A stretch of 64,000 nucleotides of DNA from Naegleria gruberi (Eukaryota): the NCBI GenBank assembly GCA_000004985.1, contig GG738891.1. One strand, 5' to 3'. This document shows, piece by piece, positions 1-9,481 of the stretch. Each line of letters starts with the position of its first letter. Positions within the stretch are counted from its first letter, which is position 1. The notes under the pieces were generated by a model. That model had not been told where the DNA came from, searched no databases, and was given only the letters and a program-made list of their open reading frames with translations. The position numbers and the translations under genes were made by a program.

Positions 1-1
1 T

Positions 2-187
2 TAAACAAGTTGATGATTTATTTCATATTGTATGTACTCATAATTTTATAAATGATTTATTGAATGAAGCAGGTTGTAGTGAGAAGCAAATGGAGGCATT
101 TTTTTTTGCCTACTACACTGTAGATTGTCAAGGAAGAAACCACGTGTTCGATTCTTGTCCAAGGACTTTGATTATGCTTGAAAATTA
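2..187 (+). CDS. Possible C-terminal fragment of a gene that begins upstream of the window. It reads ...VDDLFHIVCTHNFINDLLNEAGCSEKQMEAFFFAYYTVDCQGRNHVFDSCPRTLIMLEN and ends at a TAA.
   Basis: Open frame running from the window edge to a stop at 185-187. There is no start codon. No recognisable domain. Confidence 0.15.
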
Positions 188-388
188 AAAATAAACGTGA
201 GCGTGGCCAAGTACCTAACAATCATCCATTACTAAAATTAAAAATAATTGTGAGTTGTAATGAAAATCTAAAATAAGAGAATGTGAGTATAAAAACTCAG
301 TTGCACCTTGTATGAACACCCACAAAAATTAAAAAAGAAATACTGAAAATGTTGAATCAAGATATGAAATACCAACAAGCTGACACTC

Positions 389-1021
389 ATGAAATTAATG
401 ATGACGATGATTGTTTCCTTCGTTATGAAGATATCACCGATAATACTCACAAAGTTACATCCAATAACACTGCCTCAAGTCCCTCGATATTCTCACCACT
501 CTCAACTATCCTCTCTCAAGAAGAAAGTTACTGAGTTTCAAAACATTAACTCAACCTCTCAATCACAACCACATGAAATTATTCACCCATATGAAAATCA
601 AGTTCAAAACGTCTCACATATTATACTTCAACAAACCGCTCAACAAATGCCAATGTCTTTCATTAACAAATCAAATTTCGAGAGTTGCAGTGATTTTAGA
701 TTCATCAATAGATCTTCCGAAAAAATACTTGAAATTGGAATATACCAGTTTTCCTTTGTAAACCAAAATTTGATTCGTACTAGACGTTTACGTGTTACCA
801 TTCCAGAATATAGAGAAACAGGAAATGCATATCGTGTAAAATATATTATCGACAAATACCAAGGACAAATTTATTTGGAAATTAAAGGAACTTTTGTTAA
901 GCTAATTAGTAAAGGTAAACTTAATACAATTATCATCAATGAAAACAATATAAGTTTACAAAAAATCAATTACAACAATCAAAGCTCATTGGAATGTACT
1001 GATTATGAAGTCTATGAATGA
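389..1021 (+). CDS. Hypothetical protein of 210 aa; the exon structure is unclear.
   Basis: ORF from the track. An AAAATG start context sits at 345-351 in a neighbouring frame, which hints at an unresolved intron or frameshift. No recognisable domain. Confidence 0.2.
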   Translation: MKLMMTMIVSFVMKISPIILTKLHPITLPQVPRYSHHSQLSSLKKKVTEFQNINSTSQSQPHEIIHPYENQVQNVSHIILQQTAQQMPMSFINKSNFESCSDFRFINRSSEKILEIGIYQFSFVNQNLIRTRRLRVTIPEYRETGNAYRVKYIIDKYQGQIYLEIKGTFVKLISKGKLNTIIINENNISLQKINYNNQSSLECTDYEVYE

Positions 1022-1621
1022 ATTTGTTTTTGATTGTCTAATTCTGAGCGAAGTGAAGAATGGACTTGTTTTCATTGTAAACTTAATAAAATATAAGTTG
1101 AGTATTTTTCAACAAGACCTTAACTACCTTCTTCAGGTACAATCAGCAAAAGATATCACCTGGCAAAGACTCAAACAACGCCAAGGTTGGTTCACAAGGT
1201 GCTTCTGCTCGCTTCTTCGATGGAATTGTTTGAGTCCAACCCATCTGAAGAGGTTTCTGGTAAAAGAGCAAGAGTTGCTGATGAACCAGATGATTGGTTT
1301 AAAACCACGTCATCAACTCTTACCAAAGAATGTTTGGTGTATCATTGAAAGAAGATTTGCAGTTGGAAGAAGCTGTTTCGAATAGAAGAGAGCGCTGACA
1401 ACTTGGAATTCAAGAATAGAATGGCTGCTCTTGAATAGACACTCCATTCCAGATTCATCTAGTATAAAAGATATTAAAAGTAAAGGTTATTCTTTACTTT
1501 TAACAAATTCTTTTATCATCTCTCAAATCTGCAAGCGTTTGAGAGAGAGTGATAACCTTGATTTACCGCTTATTCTTCAAGGATTTGAATTTATTCAGAA
1601 TATTTCTGAGTTAAATCTAGT

Positions 1622-1924
1622 TTGGAGGCCAAACAACAAGAGAAGGCGATTAAATCTGCTGAAAAAGTAAAAACAGCAGAAACTATTGAAAAAGTCAGCA
1701 AATGGGCCAGCAGAACCCCTAATTTTCGTAAGTTCCCCACTAGATACGATAATAGACAAGCTGGCTACAACTACAACAACAACAAGCACAACAACAACAA
1801 CTTCAACCAAGGACAAGGTAATGGTTATCAATCCAACAATCAAGGCTTCAGAAGATTCAATAATGCTCACCAAGCAAGTGGAACCTCTTCAAATTCCTCC
1901 AACTCAAACAACAACAATAAATGA
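1622..1924 (+). CDS. N/Q-rich low-complexity ORF, possibly one exon of a larger gene spanning about 1100-1976. It runs into the assembly gap.
   Basis: ORF with KSAEKVK-type lysine-rich N-terminus followed by an N/Q/G-rich tract (NNNKHNNNNFNQGQGNGYQSNNQGF). Truncated by the N-run at 1977. Confidence 0.25.
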   Translation: MEAKQQEKAIKSAEKVKTAETIEKVSKWASRTPNFRKFPTRYDNRQAGYNYNNNKHNNNNFNQGQGNGYQSNNQGFRRFNNAHQASGTSSNSSNSNNNNK

Positions 1925-1976
1925 TGCCAACATTCCTCTTGGTGGTCGCCTCTCTCGTTTTCACAGCGGATGGCAA

Positions 1977-2026
1977 NNNNNNNNNNNNNNNNNNNNNNNN
2001 NNNNNNNNNNNNNNNNNNNNNNNNNN
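1977..2026. other. Assembly gap (50 N).
   Basis: Run of n characters. Confidence 0.99.
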
Positions 2027-2249
2027 AATATTACTTTTATATTTTTGTGATACTAGTAACTATATATCTACTATTACACTTAATAGTAGATATATAGTTA
2101 CTAACAATCAAATTGGTGATGAAGGATCCAAACATATAAGTGAAATGAAACGGTTGATATCACTTGATATTGGTAACAATTTAATTAGTGATGAAGGAGT
2201 TAAATATATCAGTGAAATGAAACAATTGATATCACAAGAAAATAGGTAA
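2027..2249 (+). CDS. Leucine-rich-repeat fragment of ribonuclease-inhibitor type; partial CDS resuming after the gap.
   Basis: Repeated L..L.L.NN.IGDEG.K.ISEMK..ISLDIGNNLISDEGVKYISEMKQLIS periodicity typical of RI-type LRRs. The 5' part is lost in the N-run. Confidence 0.4.
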
Positions 2250-2364
2250 TTTGTTCTCTTTACAACATGTTTCGACCTTGAACTCGAAAGAAGTTTAATT
2301 TATTTTTAACTCTAAAAAAAACACAACAAACAACACACGACAGTAGCCACACCAACAAACAACA

Positions 2365-2874
2365 ATGGCAATAATGTACGGAGGCTTGGCAAGAAGTGGT
2401 AAAGTCAAATATCAAACACCACGTGTAGAAAAGACCAGCGATTCATCCTATCACGGAGGTTGCGCCAAATACAAAATCAAATCATCAAATAATTTATCAT
2501 ATTCGGGAGGTGCTCATCGGTTGGAGAAGAATTTTACTGAAGAGTTGAAAGTCTATGATCAATACAAGGAAAATCATCAACGATGTGATTGGGTGGAGGA
2601 GAGAGCGAATATAAAGAGATCAGAACCTGTTCTTTTGAATTCCTTTCACAAGTTTAATACTGAGAAGGGTTTTAACAAGATGGAATGGAATTCAATGAAA
2701 AAGGAGGAGAATATCTTGAAGAATAGATACAATTATAATCCAAATGCAAAGAATCATAAAAAGTGGCATAGAAATCATCCTAAAGATGGTTTTTATCAAA
2801 AGAGAACTGTTGATGCCAATGATTTGGAATGTTGGGAAGATGAAGTAATTCAATTCTCTCATTTGTATGAATAA
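2365..2874 (+). CDS. Hypothetical 169-aa protein whose first roughly 25 residues resemble ribosomal protein S30 (GGLARSGKVKYQTPRVEK).
   Basis: Real ATG in an A-rich context (aaacaacaATGg). The N-terminus resembles the eS30 motif GSLARAGKV+.QTPKV, but the rest is unrelated basic/N-rich sequence. Confidence 0.3.
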   Translation: MAIMYGGLARSGKVKYQTPRVEKTSDSSYHGGCAKYKIKSSNNLSYSGGAHRLEKNFTEELKVYDQYKENHQRCDWVEERANIKRSEPVLLNSFHKFNTEKGFNKMEWNSMKKEENILKNRYNYNPNAKNHKKWHRNHPKDGFYQKRTVDANDLECWEDEVIQFSHLYE

Positions 2875-3064
2875 TTGCAAACAATAGAAAGGAATTCAAG
2901 AGATGGAGCTTGTTGTTATTACAATATATTTGGAAGGTCACTTTCCCATAATATGAAAAGGCACAGAATGTGCTAACCAGACATTTTAACATTATCAGTT
3001 CTATTAATTTCAATAAAATTATATTAATTATTAAGGAATGCTATTGCCTTGTTAAGCCAGGAAT

Positions 3065-4162
3065 TTATTGTTTTCTATCAACTCTTGAAAATTCAATTAA
3101 TTTCTTAATAGAATCAACATGTTCGTTCATGGTTTCGTCTCCAATTTCTTTCACTTCATTGGTGAAAAGGTTCAATAATTGATTGAATTTTGAATTCCAT
3201 CGTTCATGTTTAGTTTCCCCATTCTTCATTTCCATCAAATAACCCTTCACATTTTCAACAAATCTAACCAAAGCAATGGCCTTTCGAATTCCATTAGTTT
3301 CGTAATAATTTCCAAGTTGATTTGCATTGATTTTAACCTGCTTCTCCTCTCTGACCTTCTTTCCTTCAACAGTCTCATAAGAAAGTGTTAATTTCACATT
3401 CGATTCTCCTTTAAAATCATTCTTTGCTTTCAATCTTAATAAAACTATTCCTCCCTTAACTCCTCTTTCATCTAATTGACTAGCAGAACAAGTATCAACT
3501 TTCATAATCTCGCCAGTTGATTCTCCTGCCATATTTGTTCCAAAACATTTTTCAATTTCATAATTTTCACATTCCAAACTCAACTTGACATTGTAACAAA
3601 TCGGTGTTACAATATAATTGAAATCCTGATTCAAAATCTTTGTAAAATCCTCAGTTGATTTAACAGAGAAATAATTACAACCACGAACTTGAGTCAATTC
3701 TTCAACAATATCCGAATTGAAATCTAAACCAATTCCAATAAAAGTTGAAAAGATATTATACGGACCAGAGTTTGCATCTTTTGTAAGAATATCGAGAGTG
3801 TCAGTTCCACCCACATTTGGACAAGCATCTGTCAAGTAAATAATTCTATTAGAATTGGATAAATCAGACGAATCTAGAGTGGAAAATAAATCAATTCCTC
3901 TTTGCATGCCAGCTTCAAAATTTGTAGATCCCTTCTCTTTAATCTTTAGAACAGTTTCCTTGAGCGATTTCTTATCTAAATCCTGAACAATTGTTAATGG
4001 AAGAAAAGTTTCGGCCTTGTCATCGAATAAAACAATTCCCAATCTTTCAAATTCTCTCAAATTGTCAATTATTTCACAAATTACTTGATTGGCAACTTGC
4101 ATTTTGGTTTTTTCCTTGTTAGACATGGCAGATCCCATTGATCCACTAATATCCAATACAAT
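3065..4162 (-). CDS. von Willebrand factor type A (vWA) domain protein, exon 2.
   Basis: The exon begins IVLDISGSMG, the MIDAS DxSxS motif preceded by a hydrophobic beta-strand. The acceptor AG lies at 4164-4163 on the minus strand. A long ORF continues to the stop at 3065. Confidence 0.7.
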   Translation of the reverse strand: MVLDISGSMGSAMSNKEKTKMQVANQVICEIIDNLREFERLGIVLFDDKAETFLPLTIVQDLDKKSLKETVLKIKEKGSTNFEAGMQRGIDLFSTLDSSDLSNSNRIIYLTDACPNVGGTDTLDILTKDANSGPYNIFSTFIGIGLDFNSDIVEELTQVRGCNYFSVKSTEDFTKILNQDFNYIVTPICYNVKLSLECENYEIEKCFGTNMAGESTGEIMKVDTCSASQLDERGVKGGIVLLRLKAKNDFKGESNVKLTLSYETVEGKKVREEKQVKINANQLGNYYETNGIRKAIALVRFVENVKGYLMEMKNGETKHERWNSKFNQLLNLFTNEVKEIGDETMNEHVDSIKKLIEFSRVDRKQ

Positions 4163-4210
4163 CTTTAGTTTACAATAATTATTAAATAATCATAACTAAA
4201 CAACACGTAC

Positions 4211-4501
4211 AACTAAATTCAAATCCCTTCTTTCATTCAAACCATCTTTACAACTGTGCAATCCTAATGCCAAGTGAATTTGTCTTTCCGCACTGATCGG
4301 ATCATGATCAACAGCAATCGAATAGGCAGTTTCCAATAATTTATCAGAAACCTTCATCACACCAGTTTGATAAAAGTATTCTTTCATAATTCCCTCGAAT
4401 GTAATGGAAGAATTGGAGGGTAATCTCTTTCCACAATTCAAAACCTCTTTAAAAGATTCGGAATTAAAAGCTCCGGAAGAAAATAAAGCTGCTTTCATCA
4501 T
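4211..4501 (-). CDS. vWA domain protein, exon 1 (97 aa N-terminal region).
   Basis: Real ATG at 4501-4499. A GTACGT donor is at 4210-4205. Splicing out the 48-nt intron (4210-4163) joins ...RRDLNLV to IVLDISGSM in phase 0 and reconstitutes a canonical vWA beta1 strand. Confidence 0.6.
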
Positions 4502-4671
4502 TTATTTTTTTGATTTCTGCAAGTTCAGTAAAATTGGATTTTACAATGGAAATTATCGGAAAACAATATATTATTCGAAACATTTCAGTTCTTAAGGCAA
4601 GTTTGATTTTTACAAGAATTTTGAAATAAGAAACAAGAAGAATTGAGGAAACTTTTTGTTACTGTAAATTA

Positions 4672-4690
4672 CCCGCTCATTTTTATTGAC
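4672..4690. repeat. Left terminal inverted repeat of the transposon.
   Basis: CCCGCTCATTTTTATTGAC matches the reverse complement of 7197-7215 with one indel. Confidence 0.6.
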
Positions 4691-4870
4691 GCTTGTTTTG
4701 ACGATTTTATAGTCATGAATGACGCCTTTGTTTATGCTTGTTAAGGTGTCATTGGGACGTTGTTGTGGACGTCAAAATGACGTTTTTTTTCGTCATTTTG
4801 ACGGTGTCAATTTGAGAGTCATTAAGACGTCAAAAAAAGCGTCCTCAATGACGTCTCAAAAAGTGTCTCC
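4686..4870. repeat. Subterminal GACG/TGACGTC repeat array, left end.
   Basis: At least 12 copies of (T)GACG or CGTCA within about 185 bp. Confidence 0.6.
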
Positions 4871-5309
4871 AATGACGTTGCAGAATGATTATTAATTTTT
4901 GATAAATTGAAATTTTATTGAACTATTCATAATTCTTACAAGTTGGAAATCCTTCATCTTGAACCATTTCACACTGAGTGAAACTCAATGCTGTGAAAGA
5001 TTCACACCGTGTGAATTAATATTGTAAAAGATTTCACACCATCAAAGATGACAAGGAAATTGACAAGAGTTTCTTATAAAAACGTGAAATAAAAATTTGA
5101 ATTGATATGTCTTGTAAATGAATTGAAATGATGTAATATAATTGATAACTGATACGACTTACTAGTATGTTGAGGTATTTTTTTTGAAAAATAGTTTAAA
5201 CTGGTTGCAAAAATAGAAAGTGTTTATTTTAGAGATGAAGCCAAATATGGAAAGACATTTAATATAATGTAAAGGCCATTTTGTGAATTGGTTTGAAGTG
5301 AAAAGAGCC

Positions 5310-6244
5310 NNNNNNNNNNNNNNNNNNNNNNNNNNNNNNNNNNNNNNNNNNNNNNNNNNNNNNNNNNNNNNNNNNNNNNNNNNNNNNNNNNNNNNNNNNN
5401 NNNNNNNNNNNNNNNNNNNNNNNNNNNNNNNNNNNNNNNNNNNNNNNNNNNNNNNNNNNNNNNNNNNNNNNNNNNNNNNNNNNNNNNNNNNNNNNNNNNN
5501 NNNNNNNNNNNNNNNNNNNNNNNNNNNNNNNNNNNNNNNNNNNNNNNNNNNNNNNNNNNNNNNNNNNNNNNNNNNNNNNNNNNNNNNNNNNNNNNNNNNN
5601 NNNNNNNNNNNNNNNNNNNNNNNNNNNNNNNNNNNNNNNNNNNNNNNNNNNNNNNNNNNNNNNNNNNNNNNNNNNNNNNNNNNNNNNNNNNNNNNNNNNN
5701 NNNNNNNNNNNNNNNNNNNNNNNNNNNNNNNNNNNNNNNNNNNNNNNNNNNNNNNNNNNNNNNNNNNNNNNNNNNNNNNNNNNNNNNNNNNNNNNNNNNN
5801 NNNNNNNNNNNNNNNNNNNNNNNNNNNNNNNNNNNNNNNNNNNNNNNNNNNNNNNNNNNNNNNNNNNNNNNNNNNNNNNNNNNNNNNNNNNNNNNNNNNN
5901 NNNNNNNNNNNNNNNNNNNNNNNNNNNNNNNNNNNNNNNNNNNNNNNNNNNNNNNNNNNNNNNNNNNNNNNNNNNNNNNNNNNNNNNNNNNNNNNNNNNN
6001 NNNNNNNNNNNNNNNNNNNNNNNNNNNNNNNNNNNNNNNNNNNNNNNNNNNNNNNNNNNNNNNNNNNNNNNNNNNNNNNNNNNNNNNNNNNNNNNNNNNN
6101 NNNNNNNNNNNNNNNNNNNNNNNNNNNNNNNNNNNNNNNNNNNNNNNNNNNNNNNNNNNNNNNNNNNNNNNNNNNNNNNNNNNNNNNNNNNNNNNNNNNN
6201 NNNNNNNNNNNNNNNNNNNNNNNNNNNNNNNNNNNNNNNNNNNN
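5310..6244. other. Assembly gap (935 N) inside the transposon.
   Basis: Run of n characters. The true element length is unknown. Confidence 0.99.
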
Positions 6245-6256
6245 CCAACCAATAAG

Positions 6257-6922
6257 ATGTCAACTAGAAAAAACAAATCTAAGGCAGCTGCTCCAAAGAG
6301 GAAGAATCAATCTGATGAAGATGAATCAAGTACTGATACAGATAATGATTCTGAACCAAGCAAGAAAAAACAATTTAAACCATCTTCCAGTAAACAACTA
6401 GTGAAGACAGTGAAGAAGACCATGTCAGTTCATGATTCAGATAGTGATGAATCCACCACTGAAGATTCAGAAAATGGTACTGGTGACTCCACAGAATCTG
6501 TCTATTTTCAAGTTCGTCACGTTAATGGAAAACGGGAATATGTGATTGTTCCAGAGCATGTCGATTACATCTTTGATTTGATAGATAAGGACAAAGCTTT
6601 TCCAGAGTTCATCAATGCCATTATCCAATGTGAAAAGGTATTAACTGACCTCACAAAAAGGTTTGCTCATCTATTTTCAGGGCTTGCATTCAACACTACC
6701 GTAAATGGTATAACTTATTCAATTCCTCCAGACATTATCAAAATGCTTATTGGTAATGTGACTCAAAAACAGTGCTTGGAATTGTTAGCACATCATCACT
6801 TCAAGAAACCTATAGGAGAACTCACAACTGATCAAAGAACAGTATGTAGAAAGTTCTTTGAAGCAAGGGGATGGGATAAAGAAAGTGTTCGGAAGGCAAT
6901 CAATAGTTTGATCAAAGAATAA
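6257..6922 (+). CDS. Transposon-internal ORF of 221 aa: a basic N-terminus (KNKSKAAAPKRKNQ) and an acidic tract, then a globular C-terminal part. Possibly an accessory or DNA-binding protein of the element, or the C-terminal part of a larger ORF lost in the gap.
   Basis: The ORF starts immediately after the N-run and lies between the TIRs. No DDE/DDD motif is visible in the sequenced part. Confidence 0.35.
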   Translation: MSTRKNKSKAAAPKRKNQSDEDESSTDTDNDSEPSKKKQFKPSSSKQLVKTVKKTMSVHDSDSDESTTEDSENGTGDSTESVYFQVRHVNGKREYVIVPEHVDYIFDLIDKDKAFPEFINAIIQCEKVLTDLTKRFAHLFSGLAFNTTVNGITYSIPPDIIKMLIGNVTQKQCLELLAHHHFKKPIGELTTDQRTVCRKFFEARGWDKESVRKAINSLIKE

Positions 6923-7140
6923 TTTCCAGACATGATGTTAAGCTTGATAGTCAAGCTTGTGAAATTTGTATTTTTTTTTTTAAAATTTTCAAAAAAATTC
7001 ACAAGTCTGAAATACGTCACCTCCTCCTTCACTGATTTTCATCATCAAAACAACACAAAACAAACAACAACAAATAAACAACACATTACAACATCAAGTA
7101 GAACACAACAGAATATCGATAATTAACTTTGGAGTAACTT

Positions 7141-7200
7141 TATGCAAAATCGTCAGCGATGACGTCAAAAAAAGCGTCAATCCACCATCAGGAATGACGA
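7141..7200. repeat. Subterminal GACG repeat array, right end.
   Basis: cgtcagcgatgacgtcaaaaaaagcgtcaa...aatgacga. Confidence 0.55.
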
Positions 7201-7215
7201 AATAAAATGAGCGGG
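7197..7215. repeat. Right terminal inverted repeat of the transposon.
   Basis: CGAAATAAAATGAGCGGG is the reverse complement of the left end. Confidence 0.6.
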
Positions 7216-7232
7216 TTAATTGGTGAAAAATT

Positions 7233-7249
7233 AAAGAGCAGAAAAAAAT
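7233..7249. repeat. 17-bp direct repeat AAAGAGCAGAAAAAAAT, copy 1.
   Basis: Identical to 7514-7530. Confidence 0.7.
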
Positions 7250-7513
7250 TTAAACGTTTATTAATCGTATGAACCCGACGGGTTCGTCTTGATGATATTA
7301 CGAATATTAAATAATAAATTCTTTCTTGTTGGGATTGCTTTGTTCATTTCTTGTAACTCTGTGGACACAAATACTTGGCTTGAACACCCTATGCTGGAAC
7401 CCCGGGTAGTATAGGGTACGGTGACTTAACCCGACGTAAGTATTGCGGCAACACACTGTGGTCTCAGGGTCAACAGTGTAGTTACTGGGTGGTACGACAT
7501 TTTTTTTGAGACG
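7250..7513 (+). other. 264-bp GC-rich insertion bracketed by the 17-bp direct repeats. Candidate small structured RNA gene or SINE-like retroposon.
   Basis: Local GC is well above the flanks. Contains the palindrome GAACCCGACGGGTTC and ends in T8 (cattttttttgagacg). Confidence 0.35.
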
Positions 7514-7530
7514 AAAGAGCAGAAAAAAAT
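7514..7530. repeat. 17-bp direct repeat, copy 2. It ends in the ATG of the downstream peptidase gene.
   Basis: Identical 17-mer; the final AT plus the following G form the start codon at 7529-7531. Confidence 0.7.
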
Positions 7531-8851
7531 GGGTAAATTCGAAACTCTGAAAACTGAAAGCATTCACTCACTGCAAAGCAAGGGACTATTTAGATTCGTC
7601 ATCATCGTGATGATGAGTTTAATTATGTTTTGTTCGAATATTGTTATCGGAAAACAATATATTATTCGAAACGTGCCATACTTTTCACAACAAACAGAAT
7701 ATTCGTGTGGAGCTACCAGTTTACAGATGGCACTTTCGTATTTTGATGGAAATTTTCATAGACAAATGAAAGAAGAGTCATTGTTAAAGGAAACAGTTTC
7801 GTTTCGAATAATTTCTCAAGAATCAATTGTAGATGTTGCTAGAACTTCCAATCATACAGGAACATGTTCATTAGACGTCATTAGAAGTGCCAGATTCTCC
7901 ACCATTAGTTCAACACCAATTTCTCAATATTATTTACAATATCCGAAACAAGCTCCGATGAACGGATGGTTTGGAATTGAGAATTCCCATAATTTATTGA
8001 ACAAATCTTTGGATTCAATTTACTATTTTGGAGGATTAATGACCATATACTATCCAGAAAGAGGTTCTTATTTGAAATCTGAAAAATGTTCTGAAAAGAA
8101 GGGAGGAGAAGGAAATGTCAAATGTTGGGTAAAAGAAATGATTGAATCCTTTTTGAAATTTGACATTCCTGTCATTTGTTTAATGTTTTATGATTTGAAT
8201 GATAGTGAAGGACATTACCGATTGGCAGTTGGTTACGAAACTAAACTAGACGAAAGTGGAAATGAAATTCCAACACATATTATTATGTGGGATCCTTACA
8301 ATCGAGAAGGAAATCCTCCAATTTCTAATTTTACAATTTCAGAATTTTGTAATTTGTGGAATTATACAGAATTGAGATTTGAGAATACTTGTTATAGACC
8401 TTATTTTGGAGCTGTCATGTATCCATTGGATATTAAGGCAATGGTTAGTAGAGAGGGACATTTGATGGTTGAGTATGGACATCCGAAACACTTGGTTTCG
8501 TCTGATTTTGTTTCGAAACATGTGGAAAAGACACTAGTGATAGACAATGTGGTGGCCAAGATTCGTATTTATCAAACGATTCCTAATCAAGAAGATATTT
8601 TGAAAGAAGTGGAAAGTGTTGATTTGCAAATGAATCCTTCCAGATTGAATTTTGGACAAAATCTTTCATTTTCTTGGAAATTACCATCAAATCTCTTATT
8701 GGAAAAGAATATTCGAATCAAAATTGGAATTTATGGATTAGTTTGTGATAAAACCTTAACTTGGCTCTATGAACCAAACACGGACAAGTTTAGTCAATCG
8801 TACAAATATTGCGATCAAGTTGGAGGAACAATTTTCATTAAAACAGATTAA
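7529..8851 (+). CDS. Membrane-anchored peptidase-C39-like (papain-fold) domain protein.
   Basis: N-terminal hydrophobic anchor (LFRFVIIVMMSLIMFCSNIVIG). The motif VPYFSQQTEYSCGATSLQMALSYFDG matches the C39-like Q...CG..SL.M.L.Y.G catalytic-Cys region, and EGHYRLAVGYE matches the His motif. Single 440-aa ORF. Confidence 0.6.
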   Translation: MGKFETLKTESIHSLQSKGLFRFVIIVMMSLIMFCSNIVIGKQYIIRNVPYFSQQTEYSCGATSLQMALSYFDGNFHRQMKEESLLKETVSFRIISQESIVDVARTSNHTGTCSLDVIRSARFSTISSTPISQYYLQYPKQAPMNGWFGIENSHNLLNKSLDSIYYFGGLMTIYYPERGSYLKSEKCSEKKGGEGNVKCWVKEMIESFLKFDIPVICLMFYDLNDSEGHYRLAVGYETKLDESGNEIPTHIIMWDPYNREGNPPISNFTISEFCNLWNYTELRFENTCYRPYFGAVMYPLDIKAMVSREGHLMVEYGHPKHLVSSDFVSKHVEKTLVIDNVVAKIRIYQTIPNQEDILKEVESVDLQMNPSRLNFGQNLSFSWKLPSNLLLEKNIRIKIGIYGLVCDKTLTWLYEPNTDKFSQSYKYCDQVGGTIFIKTD

Positions 8852-9168
8852 TCTTATTGGAAATATAATCTAAATTATTCTAAATTATTATGAAATTATT
8901 CTAAAATGATTAGAAACTATTTATATTGAAGCCATTTTTCGTAGATTGTTCTTTACAGTAGTGGCTTAATTATTATAGAAATTTGATCAATGAGATTACA
9001 AAAAAATTTGATGAATATTTATAGTAATTAAAACACATTATATTCGCTGTCATGATTTTCATTTTTTGTAAACTTGACAAAGAACCATTACATTCGTCTA
9101 ATCTCATATAATTGTGATTTTGCCTTTCGAATAGTTTAACAGTCAAAAAAATAATAACAAAATAAAAC

Positions 9169-9237
9169 ATGCAACAAGCAATGAAATTCTGGGTTCAAGA
9201 CACCAAACCAGCTTGGTTACCTGAAGGATTCCAAGTG
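9169..9237 (+). CDS. EF-hand plus fascin-like beta-trefoil protein, exon 1.
   Basis: aaaacATG start. A GTAAGT donor at 9238-9243 ends the exon in phase 0. Confidence 0.55.
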
Positions 9238-9282
9238 GTAAGTTTTCATATTTCTTTCGAGATCTTTTCACACATTTTAAAG

Positions 9283-9431
9283 CCAACCGAAATGTTAACT
9301 CACGTTCAACAATTATGTAAAGAAGCCGAAACTGTGTATAATCAAGTCGATTTGGAAGGTAATGGCTTCTTGAGAAGAAGAGAATTCAAGAAGGCAATGA
9401 AGAGATTGGGAATTAACAAGTTTGAAGCAAG
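9283..9431 (+). CDS. Exon 2, carrying an EF-hand loop (DLEGNGFLRRRE).
   Basis: Acceptor AG at 9281-9282. The frame matches the track ORF. A GTATGT donor lies at 9432-9437. Confidence 0.55.
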
Positions 9432-9481
9432 GTATGTGTTATCTTGGAGGATTAGTTAAATTTCTGACATTTTGACTTTAG

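Larger units (their letters stand above)
4671..7215. mobile_element. TIR DNA transposon; the family is unresolved (piggyBac-like TTAA or PIF/Harbinger-like TTA target duplication are both possible). The interior is largely an assembly gap.
   Basis: Terminal inverted repeats: CCCGCTCATTTTTATT at 4672-4687 and its reverse complement AATAAAATGAGCGGG at 7201-7215. Dense subterminal TGACG/GACGTC repeats lie inside both ends. Flanks are ATTA|CCC on the left and GGG|TTAA on the right. Confidence 0.6.

Noticed and set aside
5224-6401. Three long ORFs (5224..6276 -, 5259..6263 -, 5283..6401 +) made almost entirely of X.
   Set aside because: They are artefacts of translating the 935-nt N-run. Only the flanking few residues are real sequence.
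7250-7513. Possible tRNA-derived SINE (B-box-like GGTTCGTCTT) or hammerhead (TTGATGA ... GAAA) inside the GC-rich insertion.
   Set aside because: Neither motif matches its consensus. There is no A-box and no CUGANGA core. The segment is reported only as a candidate structured RNA or retroposon.
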